NCBI GenBank assembly: GCA_041736305.1
Contig: JBGSTX010000091.1
Location: 1-19,319, forward strand
Source: Oligoflexus sp.
GTDB taxonomy: Bacteria; Bdellovibrionota_B; Oligoflexia; Oligoflexales; Oligoflexaceae
Direction of reading: 5' to 3'
DNA: 19,319 nucleotides
Notes under the pieces: model-generated
Seen by the model: only the letters and a program-made list of their open reading frames with translations
Database searches by the model: none
What the model was told of the DNA's origin: nothing
Shown here: positions 7,414 to 16,967 of the stretch, in pieces
Layout of the letters: each line of letters begins with the position of its first letter
How positions within the stretch are numbered: the first letter of the stretch is position 1
Made by a program: the position numbers and the translations under genes

Positions 7414-8856
7414 ATGTCCACCCTTCCGAAAAAACTTGAACTCTCTCCATTGTTCGAGAAGGGCTGCGCCGGCCATTCGGTACTCGTTTACGATGAGTCC
7501 AGCTACCTAGTAAATTCGGTCGCCGAATATATAAGGCTAGGGCTTGCCGACAATGAAGGGATCCTCCTCATTGTTCGCTCACGTCAATGGCGGAATATCC
7601 GTCATACTTTGAATCTCCCCGAAGCGCGTTGGGCTTCACTCTATGCCCGCAAGCAGGTTCTCTTTATCGATGCCCAGGCTATTTTCGAAAGTTTCTTTGC
7701 GGGAAGGCCCTTTGAAATCGATGAGTGGAATGAGCTTATCGGCGGAGCTATCGCGAGCATGCAGGGGCATTTTCCAAGGGTACGTTGCTACAGCGAGCAA
7801 AGCAATCTCCTGGTAGACCGCGGGCTAGCTACTGAGGCAAAGCTCCTGGAAGATGCCTGGAATCATTTACTCCAGACAAAGATAGATGTCTCTGTCCTTT
7901 GCGCTTATCACGAAGGGTGCGGTAGCGCCTGTGGGTTGAAGACTGACGAGATCGTCCAACGGCATGCCGAACATATCAAGCTCGAGAGCTACGATGGTCC
8001 CGATTCACAGGCTGTTCTTAATCAAAAAATTGCGTTTTTAGAGCAGCGATCTCTAGCTTACAAGTCTAAAGCTCTTGAAGCCAAGAAATTTCAAAATGAA
8101 CTGCAGCTCGCGAAGCAGGAACTGATTCAAGTAAGCAAACTCCACAATCTCGGGGAGCTTTGTGCCAGCATTGTACATGAACTCAATCAGCCACTGACGA
8201 TTATGAAAGGTGGCATTGAACAAGCTTTGATAGCGTTAAAAAGGGAAGGTGAGAACTCATCTCAGGACCTCAAAGAAGTTGAACGCTGGCTGACCAGCTT
8301 AAACGACGCCTCGCATCGCATGATTAAGATAGTGAAGAACGTCCTCGACTTTGCCAATCAACAGCCGCGAGAGCTGAAGCCTATTTCGGTAAAAGCAGCA
8401 CTGGCCAAAGCTATGGAGCTCATGCGGGGGAATCTAGCCATAGCATCGGTCCAGGTTCAGCTCGAAATCGAGGCTGCAAACGAGTTGAATTCGTTTGGTG
8501 ACGAAGATCTGCTCGTTCAAGTTTTCATTAATATTTTGAGCAATGCGCGAGATGCCTTAGCTGCGGTGAAAGGTGTGAAGACGATCAAAGTAAAGTGCGG
8601 CGTAGCGCTAGGAGAAATAATCGTCACTGTGTCGGACAATGGCGGGGGTATGGACGAAACGGTCAGGAATAAGATCTTCAACCCATTTTTCACGACCAAA
8701 TCAGCAGGGACGGGCACGGGACTTGGTCTCTCGATTTCGCAAGGCATCATCAGTCAGCATAAAGGTCGGATCAGCTGTGATTCCAAACCGGGGATCGGCA
8801 CCACCTTTACAATCTCTCTACCTTCCTATACTGCTGCAGTCTCAACAGCTGCCTAA
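7414..8856 (+). CDS. Sensor histidine kinase with N-terminal MEDS domain (MEDS-HisKA-HATPase)
   Basis: ATG 7414 with GGAGG RBS; MEDS motifs H.VLVY...YIRLGL...E, LE..WN, LCAY; H-box HELNQPL, N-box [10 protein letters not shown]1 DNGGGM, F-box FNPFFTTK, G2 GTGLGL; no TM segment. Confidence 0.92.
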   Translation: MSTLPKKLELSPLFEKGCAGHSVLVYDESSYLVNSVAEYIRLGLADNEGILLIVRSRQWRNIRHTLNLPEARWASLYARKQVLFIDAQAIFESFFAGRPFEIDEWNELIGGAIASMQGHFPRVRCYSEQSNLLVDRGLATEAKLLEDAWNHLLQTKIDVSVLCAYHEGCGSACGLKTDEIVQRHAEHIKLESYDGPDSQAVLNQKIAFLEQRSLAYKSKALEAKKFQNELQLAKQELIQVSKLHNLGELCASIVHELNQPLTIMKGGIEQALIALKREGENSSQDLKEVERWLTSLNDASHRMIKIVKNVLDFANQQPRELKPISVKAALAKAMELMRGNLAIASVQVQLEIEAANELNSFGDEDLLVQVFINILSNARDALAAVKGVKTIKVKCGVALGEIIVTVSDNGGGMDETVRNKIFNPFFTTKSAGTGTGLGLSISQGIISQHKGRISCDSKPGIGTTFTISLPSYTAAVSTAA

Positions 8857-8951
8857 AAACTAAAGTATATCGCTTTAAATAGAATTGAAGATGCCTTACT
8901 CTTATTGTGCAGCTTCTGTAGAGATTGAGTACGTTGGGAGGGGATACAGCG

Positions 8952-9929
8952 TTGACACAATATGCGATCGAAACCAAAGAGCTGGTGAAGACCTTCGGAG
9001 AAACCAAAGCTCTCGACGGCATTAACCTCAGAATTGACCGCGGCACAGTCTATGGGCTTTTAGGTCCAAACGGTGCCGGCAAAACCACAACCATTCGCGT
9101 GCTCGCGACCCTTCTGAAGCCGAGCGCCGGGCAGGCTAAGGTCCTTGGTCACGATGTACTGAGCGAAGCGGCTACCGTCCGTGAAAAAGTAAGCCTCACC
9201 GGGCAGTATGCTTCCGTTGATGAGGACCTGACCGGCCACGAAAATCTCATATTGATCGGGCGCCTGCTCGGTTATTCTTGGAAGCGGGCGCGAGAGCGCT
9301 CCGGCGAGCTCCTCGAGGCCTTCGGCCTATCCGAGGCGGCGAGCCGTCAGGCGCGCACCTACTCAGGCGGTATGCGGCGGCGCCTCGATATCGCGGCCAG
9401 CCTCGTGACTAAGGCGGAGCTTCTCTTTCTTGATGAACCTACGACCGGACTTGACCCGCGCAGCCGCAATCAGGTCTGGGACCTGGTCCGGCAGATTGCA
9501 GCCGAAGGAACGACCGTCCTCCTCACAACTTAGTATCTTGAAGAAGCCGATCGCCTAGCTGAACGCTTGGCCGTCATCGATCACGGGCGCGTTATTGCCG
9601 AAGGTACCAGCCGCGAGCTCAAAGCTTCCGTGGGCGGTCATACCTTGCACGTGCATCTATCTGACCAGGAGAAGCAAAAAGAAGCTTCAACCCTGATTAC
9701 GAAGCTGCTCGGAAACGCGCTCTTGCCTAACAATGAAACCACAAGTCTGGCGGTGAAGGTACCGGATCCGACCGCCGCGGCGGACATTCTCAACGCGCTG
9801 TCCCGTGCGCAGATCCGCATCGTCGACTTCTCACTTGGGGCCCCGAGTCTGGATGATGCATTCTTTTCGCTGACTGGTAAGCCCACTCAAGAGGGGCGCA
9901 ATGCTGCTGAGAAAGGAGCTGTTCCATGA
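8952..9929 (+). pseudogene. drrA: DrrA-family ABC exporter ATP-binding subunit interrupted by an in-frame TAG at 9531-9533
   Basis: TTG 8952 after GGGAGG; Walker A GPNGAGKT, signature YSGGMRRR, Walker B LFLDEPT; reads LLTT*YLEEADRLAERLAVIDHG in one frame through ...PSLDDAFFSLTG to TGA 9929. The two ORF-track pieces (8925-9533, 9567-9929) are one 325-codon gene. Confidence 0.88.
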
Positions 9930-10744
9930 GTCAGGACAATATTGTGGCAGGAGCTGGAAAATTCGTCACCTCGGAAAGGCCCCGACCGCCCTCCGCGCTT
10001 TCGGCCGTCACAACTCTCGCGTGGCGAGCTATGCTCAAAATCAAGCATGTGCCTTTTCAACTTTTTGATGTGACGATCACTCCCATCATGTTCACCCTGC
10101 TCTTCACTTTCATCTTCGGTGGAGCCCTTGCTGGTTCGCCCAGCGAATACATTCAGTTTTTGCTCCCGGGAATTCTCGTACAAACAGTTCTCTTCATTAC
10201 TGTTTACACAGGCGTCGGGCTCAACACGGACATCCAAAAGGGGCTGTTCGACCGCTTCCGCTCGCTTCCCATGTGGCAGCCCGCGCCTATCCTCGGCGCG
10301 CTGGTCGGAGACCTTTTTCGCTACTCTATGGCTTCTGCTCTGATTATTGTACTCGGTCTGATCCTCGGCTTTCGCCCGGCAGGGGGAATCATAGGGGTCG
10401 GCCTGGCCTTTGTACTGGTCCTTATCTTTTCGCTCGCACTCTCGTGGATCTGGGTAATTTTCGGCATGAAGGTGAAGACTCCGGAATCGGTGATGACATC
10501 GAGCTTTCTATTCCTCATGCCTCTGACCTTTGCCAGTAACATCTTTGTGGGTCTCGAGACAATGCCCAGCTGGCTACAGGCCTTGGTGCGTTATAATCCT
10601 GTTACCCGTCTGACCAGTGCTGCTCGAGGTCTCATGCATGGTCAAGATGCAATGGCTGATGTGCTATGGGTGCTGCTAGCTTCGGGGCTCATCGTTCTCG
10701 TTGCGGCGCCGATCGCTATGCGCATGTATCATCAGGAACGCTGA
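9926..10744 (+). CDS. drrB: DrrB-like ABC-2 type permease
   Basis: ATGA overlap with the ATPase gene; ~6 hydrophobic segments; motifs Y.QFLLPGIL, D..KGLFDRFRSLP, FASNIFV..ETMPSWLQ...YNP. Confidence 0.9.
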   Translation: MSQDNIVAGAGKFVTSERPRPPSALSAVTTLAWRAMLKIKHVPFQLFDVTITPIMFTLLFTFIFGGALAGSPSEYIQFLLPGILVQTVLFITVYTGVGLNTDIQKGLFDRFRSLPMWQPAPILGALVGDLFRYSMASALIIVLGLILGFRPAGGIIGVGLAFVLVLIFSLALSWIWVIFGMKVKTPESVMTSSFLFLMPLTFASNIFVGLETMPSWLQALVRYNPVTRLTSAARGLMHGQDAMADVLWVLLASGLIVLVAAPIAMRMYHQER

Positions 10745-10752
10745 AGGTATCT

Positions 10753-11103
10753 TTAAAATTCCGTGGGTTCCTTGGCTCCACCGCGAGCGCTTCGCTCAGC
10801 TTCAGCCTTTTGAGTTTTCAGGTAGTCTTGGATAGCTTTCCATAGAGCGGGCAACTGCTCGTCTTTAAGTTCAGCATAGAGCTCTTTGGCTTGATAGATA
10901 AGCTCGGCGCTCTTATCTTTGGCAAAGTCTTCGAGCTTTGCGCCGCTCTCACTAGCGTCGGGTAGTTCCTTCTCGAGCTGCTTTAGCTTGCTCTTCGCTT
11001 TCCTAATGCTCGCATCCTGTGAAGATGAATGCTGAGCCCAGGTGTGTCCGGCCCAAAATCCTAGTCCAGCGACTACTAAGGTACGAAGTGGTTGCGATCC
11101 CAT
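10753..11103 (-). CDS. Small hypothetical protein, N-terminal hydrophobic segment plus charged helical body (YtxH-like architecture)
   Basis: ATG with AAGGGGG RBS; LVVAGLGFWAG segment then Lys/Glu-rich helices. Confidence 0.65.
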   Translation of the reverse strand: MGSQPLRTLVVAGLGFWAGHTWAQHSSSQDASIRKAKSKLKQLEKELPDASESGAKLEDFAKDKSAELIYQAKELYAELKDEQLPALWKAIQDYLKTQKAEAERSARGGAKEPTEF

Positions 11104-11214
11104 GAGACCCCCTTAAAAGAGCTTAAGTGCCTCAAAAAAACCTATAAATCTAGCCAAAATATGAGAGCAGGAGATAGCTGAAGTTAAATTCGGTAATGCC
11201 AAGTAAGCTGAGGA

Positions 11215-12969
11215 CTATTTATCTATCGACAAAGCCATTTCCACAAGAGACTTCCACTCGGGTCCCGGCGCGGGAGGCAGCCCCGTGTTTTGATCATTGT
11301 TATAGCTATGGACTGCAATTTCTCTAGCGGCATTGAAAGCCCGATAGCAGGAGCCTCGCGAACCCTGGCCCGGAGCGTCGAGCGGAACAAAAATTGTCCG
11401 TCCCGAAGAATCCAGCCAGTTGTTCTTGTAAAGCCTCTCGCACTCGGCAGCGCTAATATCTGGTTTTGCTCCGATTGTAGGCTCTAAACTGAGAAAGCCT
11501 TTCACTTGCAGTCGCACGAAATTCTCGCTAGAGATGCCCATGCTATCGAGCCATTCGAGAGCGAGACTGTCGGCTTCACCCTCAGAGGTAAAAAATCCAA
11601 GTCCTTCATCGGCAGCTAATTTAAAGAGCTTGCTGTTGCTGCTATCGAGCTGCTGGACTTTGAGGGGAAGCTCAGATCCAACCTGCTGCCAAGCCTCCCA
11701 GGCAGATGGATAGGCGGGCTTTACAGTAAAGAATTGATGAAAAGCTCCGCGCCCGATCAATGAGCCCATACTGTCAGCTATCTGCGGTAGAAAGAATTCA
11801 CTATCCTTCACGGAATCAAGGCACTCTTGGCTCAATCTTTCATACTTATTATAGGCCGGAAGAGCGGCTTCTATCAGGGGCTCAAAGGGAAAGGTGCCTA
11901 CTGCCTGACTCAGTTCGTTGTAATGCACCGCAAGTCTACTGCAGGCATGTTCGCAGGGAATCTTCTGCTCACAACTGGATTTCTGGAAAATCGTCGATAG
12001 GCTCGCCATAGGTAGGAAGAGAATGCTGTCAAGCTTCTGATTGGGGACCGGATAAAGCTTGCGCCAGGGACGCCAGCGATCGGCGGCGAGTTGGTCGAGC
12101 TGTTTTTTGAGACCTTCTAAGGAAGGTTCTCGCTGCGGCTTGACGGTCGGCGACTTGGTGCCGAGACGATAGGTATAATTATAGACCTCAGCAGGCGTGA
12201 CCATATGGGCCATATAGTACTGGCCCAACTCATGAGCTAATGCAGCGATCACCTCAGCTTCTTCGTATTTAGCGATGAGTCCGGTATGTACCACAACGCT
12301 TGAGCTCACTTGGCTCGTGCAGATCTTGGAATAAGTCGTAGCCGCTAATGGCATCGACTCGCCCTGTCCGCAGCGACCTGAGAGCATGACTGTATCGCCT
12401 GAGATATCTACCTGGCAACTCGGGTAGGGCGCGAGCATCCAGCGAAGAAATTCGATGCGTTGCTCCAAACTCATTTCATGAGAAGGCGGTAACTTGCCCG
12501 AAAATTCGCGCGGAGAAAACGCATTGTTTTGCCGATCAAAATGCAAGGCAGATGCATCGCTTCCAGCAGAGTTCGAAGATTTTGACTCGGCCTTTAGATA
12601 TTGGACCTTTAGCTCCAGGCAAGCCGTCGCTCCTGTAGTATAGGCGATAGGATCTGGACTATTAAATAGCAGTGCTTGGGGTTTTGGGGTGTTCTTAAGA
12701 TGCTCAGAATATTTTTGCCGCAGATTTCGGTCGATGCTGTCTAACCAATACTGCATGCGAAGAGCAAGCGGATGATTTGCAGCCAAGGGGGCTTTATCGA
12801 GATCTTCTTCTTGTCTATCCGCATATTTGAGAAAGTCTTCGCGACTTAAGTCTATCCATTGGAAGCGTGAGCTGTCGTTCGTCACGCGGTTAAGTATCAA
12901 GCCATCATCTGAGGATTGTGTTTTGCAGCTACATAGGAAGAGATAAAGTAAGGCAAGAATTTTCGGCAT
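11215..12969 (-). CDS. M48-family metallopeptidase-like lipoprotein with variant zinc motif (HELGQ)
   Basis: GGAG RBS; LCSC lipobox; VVVHTGLI...EAEVIAALAHELGQ and downstream EGEADSLA third-ligand motif typical of M48. Confidence 0.8.
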   Translation of the reverse strand: MPKILALLYLFLCSCKTQSSDDGLILNRVTNDSSRFQWIDLSREDFLKYADRQEEDLDKAPLAANHPLALRMQYWLDSIDRNLRQKYSEHLKNTPKPQALLFNSPDPIAYTTGATACLELKVQYLKAESKSSNSAGSDASALHFDRQNNAFSPREFSGKLPPSHEMSLEQRIEFLRWMLAPYPSCQVDISGDTVMLSGRCGQGESMPLAATTYSKICTSQVSSSVVVHTGLIAKYEEAEVIAALAHELGQYYMAHMVTPAEVYNYTYRLGTKSPTVKPQREPSLEGLKKQLDQLAADRWRPWRKLYPVPNQKLDSILFLPMASLSTIFQKSSCEQKIPCEHACSRLAVHYNELSQAVGTFPFEPLIEAALPAYNKYERLSQECLDSVKDSEFFLPQIADSMGSLIGRGAFHQFFTVKPAYPSAWEAWQQVGSELPLKVQQLDSSNSKLFKLAADEGLGFFTSEGEADSLALEWLDSMGISSENFVRLQVKGFLSLEPTIGAKPDISAAECERLYKNNWLDSSGRTIFVPLDAPGQGSRGSCYRAFNAAREIAVHSYNNDQNTGLPPAPGPEWKSLVEMALSIDK

Positions 12970-13040
12970 GATAGAACTCCAGCGGAAATCAAATGCAAAC
13001 CTCAGATGATGGAAAGTCTTGAATACTTACTGAGTGGTAA

Positions 13041-13056
13041 TGCAAGACTATGCCCA
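13041..13056 (-). promoter_or_regulatory. Possible sigma-54 (-24/-12) promoter for the M48-like gene
   Basis: Minus strand TGGGCATAGTCTTGCA has GG-N10-GC spacing with TTGCA, ~72 nt upstream of the ATG; -24 element imperfect. Confidence 0.3.
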
Positions 13057-13360
13057 GAGGTCATTTTTGGAATTATCGGGACTTGGCCGGTAAGAATCTG
13101 TTTAAGAATCAGTCAGTGATAGGCTGAGAAGTAACAGCCCCTAATCAGTGAGCCATTGGTCTAAAAATCATTACTTGCAACGACCAATTCTTAGACAGCC
13201 TCGATTGAGAGAGAATCAGCCTTTCAATTACAGATACATGCATAAACAAGTCAAAATTGCATTGCCAAAAAGGGGTGGGTTGTTTATACGTGAAGAGCGT
13301 CTCTCTGGCGCTTCTATGCTGCGTTGATTCTCTTTGATTGTGTGGAAAGGAACCTGCTCT

Positions 13361-14926
13361 ATGATGAAACACGTCCTCCTCTTAATGGGTTTCACAGCCC
13401 TCGCTACAGTCAGCTGTAGTGATGGGGGCCCAGATGCCCCCGGAAATGACTCTTCAACGGCTTCCATATCCATCGGTGGATTTGAGCCAAAAGCCGGCGA
13501 TCCCGACTGGCAAAAACTCAAACTAGAACTGACCAAGGCAAGTAGCGACAAGATCGCAAAGGAGTACGATCGTTCTGAGTTTAAGGACAGCAAGCTCAAC
13601 GACGTGTCGATCAAGGTCGAATACAACACCTATCGTTTCCTCCTCGCTTACTTCGATAAAAACCAAAAGCTTGTTTATGAATCTTGCCCCAGCGAAAAAA
13701 CGCGCGATCACGTGATCGTCACCAGCGTTTATGAAGCGAAAGTCAAGATCTGCAAAGCTGGTTCTACGGCGCCCATTGCGGAAGTGGAGTTGAAACCAAG
13801 TGCGAATGTTTCAATCGCCCCGTTCTTTGGAGCCGGCCAAGACGACAAGATCGCTGAGGTAGTTCCTTGTTCCCAAAATGGCAAGGCTCTAGCCGGCACC
13901 GACGACGTCTATGGGAGCTGCATCGACCAAAAGACTTCGTGGTCCGTCCAAGGTGGGCAGATCTACCGTCGCGGCCAACTCTTTCCCATCAAAGGAGCGA
14001 ATTGGTCAGGTCTCGATAACGACCAGACCAAACTCGCTGGCCTTTGGAATGGTCGTAGCATCGACAGCTACCTAGACCAAGTTGCTTCGGGTGGATTCAA
14101 CGCCTTGCGCATACCGATCACACCTGACGTCTTCACCAAAACTACAGGCTCTGACGGCTATGCCAATCCTTTGGATATGCTGAAGGCACTTCTGAAGTCA
14201 GCTGAAGCCAGAAAAATCGCGATTCTTCTCGATATTCACAACTGCTCGATGAATTCAGGTTACATGACAGGAACACCTGAGGCCTGCGCAGGATATGGCA
14301 AGCAGGGCTGGCTGAAGACCTTAGGCCAACTCGCTGAACTATCGAAGTCTTACTCCTACGTGGTCGGTATCGACCTCTATAACGAACCCCATAAGTTCAC
14401 CTGGGATGAGTGGAGCGTGATGGTTGGCGACGGAGCTAAAACTGTTCTCGCGATTAATCCGAAGATACTCGTCTTCGTTGAAGGTGTTGGTGACGCTTCG
14501 GCATTTGGAAAGAACAATCCTTTCTGGGGTGAAAATCTCTTCGAAGCCCATACGAAACGTCCTAAAGTTCCGCTGAGTCGTCTGGTCTATTCACCGCATG
14601 TTTATGGCCCCGACGTCTTTAAGCAGACTTATTTTGCTAGCAAAGACTTCCCCAAGAATATGCCGGCCATCTGGGACGAGCACTTTGGTTACTTGCGTGA
14701 AAAAGGCTATGCTATCGTTGTCGGTGAATTTGGTGGCAAATATCGAGACGCTGCGGACATCGCCTGGCAAAAAGAGTTCGTCGCTTATATCGCAAAAAAG
14801 AACTTAGGATTCTTCTACTGGACTTTGAATGCTAACTCAGGTGACACCAATGGTCTCCTCTTAGACGAAGGCCAATGGGAGAAGTGGGACACCAACAAGC
14901 TCCAACTTCTCAAACCTATTCTCTGA
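13361..14926 (+). CDS. GH5 endoglucanase/cellulase-like lipoprotein (resembles subfamily GH5_1) with extra N-terminal domain
   Basis: ATG 13361 after AAAGGA; TVSC lipobox; GANWSG, GFNALRIP, ILLDIH, acid/base NEP, FWGENL, YSPHVYGP, nucleophile VGEFGG, FYWTLNANSGDTNGLL. Confidence 0.92.
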   Translation: MMKHVLLLMGFTALATVSCSDGGPDAPGNDSSTASISIGGFEPKAGDPDWQKLKLELTKASSDKIAKEYDRSEFKDSKLNDVSIKVEYNTYRFLLAYFDKNQKLVYESCPSEKTRDHVIVTSVYEAKVKICKAGSTAPIAEVELKPSANVSIAPFFGAGQDDKIAEVVPCSQNGKALAGTDDVYGSCIDQKTSWSVQGGQIYRRGQLFPIKGANWSGLDNDQTKLAGLWNGRSIDSYLDQVASGGFNALRIPITPDVFTKTTGSDGYANPLDMLKALLKSAEARKIAILLDIHNCSMNSGYMTGTPEACAGYGKQGWLKTLGQLAELSKSYSYVVGIDLYNEPHKFTWDEWSVMVGDGAKTVLAINPKILVFVEGVGDASAFGKNNPFWGENLFEAHTKRPKVPLSRLVYSPHVYGPDVFKQTYFASKDFPKNMPAIWDEHFGYLREKGYAIVVGEFGGKYRDAADIAWQKEFVAYIAKKNLGFFYWTLNANSGDTNGLLLDEGQWEKWDTNKLQLLKPIL

Positions 14927-14960
14927 CTTTCTCTAGTTTTTTAGCTATTATCCCTATTGC

Positions 14961-14995
14961 GCGCCCCTCTCTCACCGAGAAAGGGGCGCCTTTTT
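14961..14995. terminator. Rho-independent terminator between convergent GH5 and GH15 genes
   Basis: gcgcccctctctc-acc-gagaaaggggcgc GC-rich stem followed by ttttt on the + strand. Confidence 0.8.
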
Positions 14996-14999
14996 ATTA

Positions 15000-16781
15000 C
15001 TACAAAACCTGCATCCAGTGGGGACTTACCGCAAATGCCGCATTGATCAAGCCGACGTGCGAGTACGATTGAGGGAAGTTGCCGAGCTGTACTCGATTTC
15101 CAGTCAGCGCCACGTGCTCGGCGTAGAGGCCCAGATGGTTGGCATATTGGTCGAGCGAGGCCAAGAGTTCGCGCCCTTTGTCGATCTCGCCGATCGCAGC
15201 ATAAGCTTGCGAAAGCCAAAAAGAGCAGATCAAAAATCCACTTTCAGGGGTTCCGAAATCATCGAAGCGGCGATAGCGGAAGAGCAGATTGCTACCCGGT
15301 GTCGAATTTTTATCGAGAGCCAAACCAAGCGCAATGCCTTCGGTGGTCGAACGGTTCAGAGCCGCATCCGGAAAGCGTAGGACCGGCAGGAGCAAGAGCG
15401 AAGCATCGAGTGAGTTGTCCTCTGGGCTGTTGCAGACGACGCCATCGCGGACCGCAGCATAGATGCGATCGGCAGCGCGCTGGCGGTGCTCCTGGTAACG
15501 CGTCAGCGTCTGCTTGTCCATCGGACCCATGCTGCCCTTTTCCAGAATTTGGATCATCCGGTCGAGGCCGGCCCAACACATCAAATTAGTGAAAGAGTGT
15601 TCAAACTGCATCCCTCGCAGCTCCCAAAGACCAGCGTCGGGTCGACCAATCGACTCGATGCAGCGTTCCGTGAGCCAAGTCATAATGCGATGTAGGTGGG
15701 ACTTGCGCAGAAAATGAAAACGCTCGTCGAAGTATATCGGCGAAAGCGTCAAGATCAGCTCGCCATAGACATCGTTTTGCACCTGAGTAGCAGCGGCGTT
15801 GTTGACCCGAACCGGTGCTGCTCCTTCAAAGCCTCGCCACTGGGTCATCGTCTTCTCAGGCAGGGGCAAGGATTGGTCGATCGTGTAGACCGGCCCGAGT
15901 TCGTGATTGAAATCGATAATGTTGATCAGAAAGCGGAGAAAGCCTTCGATCTCTTCGAAGTGACTCAGATGATAGAGAGCGCTCAGAGTGAAGAAAGAAT
16001 CGCGCAACCAGCAGAAGCGATAGTCCCAGTTCCGTTCCTCCCCATGAATTTCGGGGAGGCTCGTCGTGGTCGCGGCGAGGATCGCACCCGTATCTTCGTA
16101 GCAGTGTAGCTTGAGTGTGATGGCTGAACGAATCGCTTCGGCTTGATGAAGGACCGGACTCGAGCAGTGCTTGACCCATGTCCGCCAGTAATTCTCCGTC
16201 TTTTCGAGAAAGGTCAGACACACTTTACTCAAATCATCTTCGAGAGGCAGGTCCCACATCAACGCAAAATAGAGCGGCTCCTGCAATAGAAATTCTTTTT
16301 CTTCCTGCAAGTACGTCAGAGGCATATTAGTAACAAGACGTAGCTCGCCGAGCGGCAGGCTAAAACGCATATGGCTATTGCCGCGCAAGGCTTGCGCTGG
16401 AAGCTTTTCCCAGCCGTTGACCGGTTTGCAGCTGACTTTAATGCGGAGCATTCCCTTGGACGGCCGCAGAATACGGATGACCGAGGCAGGCCGAAAGGTG
16501 CGCCCGTACTGTTCAAAGCGGGGACAGAAATCGATGAGTTCGGCCTCGTTCTCGCCGTCTAGCGAAAAGGTCGTGCGAAGGATCGCCGAATTCTTCACGT
16601 ATTCTTGAGATTTAACAGTCTCCTGCACCGGCCCTAGGCGGAAGCTTCCACCTTCGGGATCGAGCAGCGAACCAAACACCGGAGGGCTGTCTGGACGCGG
16701 GAGACAAAGCCATTGTAGGGTGCCTTCGGTATCGATTAGCGCAGAAACTTGGCAGTTGCCTATGAGTCCAAGATTATACAT
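15000..16781 (-). CDS. Glycoside hydrolase family 15 protein (trehalase-like)
   Basis: LIGNC..SALI...WLCLPRPDSP.VFG.LLD N-terminal domain; AA.TTSLPE, RNWDYRFCWLRD, GLWE, LYAE, GNFPQ.YSH.GLIN. ATG 16781 after GAGAGG (alternative 16796). Confidence 0.92.
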   Translation of the reverse strand: MYNLGLIGNCQVSALIDTEGTLQWLCLPRPDSPPVFGSLLDPEGGSFRLGPVQETVKSQEYVKNSAILRTTFSLDGENEAELIDFCPRFEQYGRTFRPASVIRILRPSKGMLRIKVSCKPVNGWEKLPAQALRGNSHMRFSLPLGELRLVTNMPLTYLQEEKEFLLQEPLYFALMWDLPLEDDLSKVCLTFLEKTENYWRTWVKHCSSPVLHQAEAIRSAITLKLHCYEDTGAILAATTTSLPEIHGEERNWDYRFCWLRDSFFTLSALYHLSHFEEIEGFLRFLINIIDFNHELGPVYTIDQSLPLPEKTMTQWRGFEGAAPVRVNNAAATQVQNDVYGELILTLSPIYFDERFHFLRKSHLHRIMTWLTERCIESIGRPDAGLWELRGMQFEHSFTNLMCWAGLDRMIQILEKGSMGPMDKQTLTRYQEHRQRAADRIYAAVRDGVVCNSPEDNSLDASLLLLPVLRFPDAALNRSTTEGIALGLALDKNSTPGSNLLFRYRRFDDFGTPESGFLICSFWLSQAYAAIGEIDKGRELLASLDQYANHLGLYAEHVALTGNRVQLGNFPQSYSHVGLINAAFAVSPHWMQVL

Positions 16782-16967
16782 ACTAAGCCCTCTCATTCCG
16801 ATACTTTTATAACAAAGTAGATCGGAGGGTGAAAGTTGAAATGGCCCATGGTGCTTCCTCTAAGCATTTATTTTTTGTGCTTTCCGCGCTGACTTGTGTT
16901 CCCGTAGCTTCCTCCAGTGCTAAGAAAAACAATCTGAACGTCGCTCATCCGGAGGTTTATTTCGCTC

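Noticed and set aside
8925..9929. Two separate genes (202 aa and 120 aa) as in the ORF track, or alternative genetic code (TAG=Gln)
   Set aside because: Both pieces are one frame of one DrrA protein. TAG terminates five other genes here (5746, 7068, 11215, 15000, 19295) and occurs internally in no other recognisable gene.
13228..13629. 133-aa minus-strand ORF and other short ORFs nested in GH5, GH15, otsB, alkA and DUF1501 genes
   Set aside because: Antisense or alternate-frame shadows of well-supported genes; no RBS or motif support.
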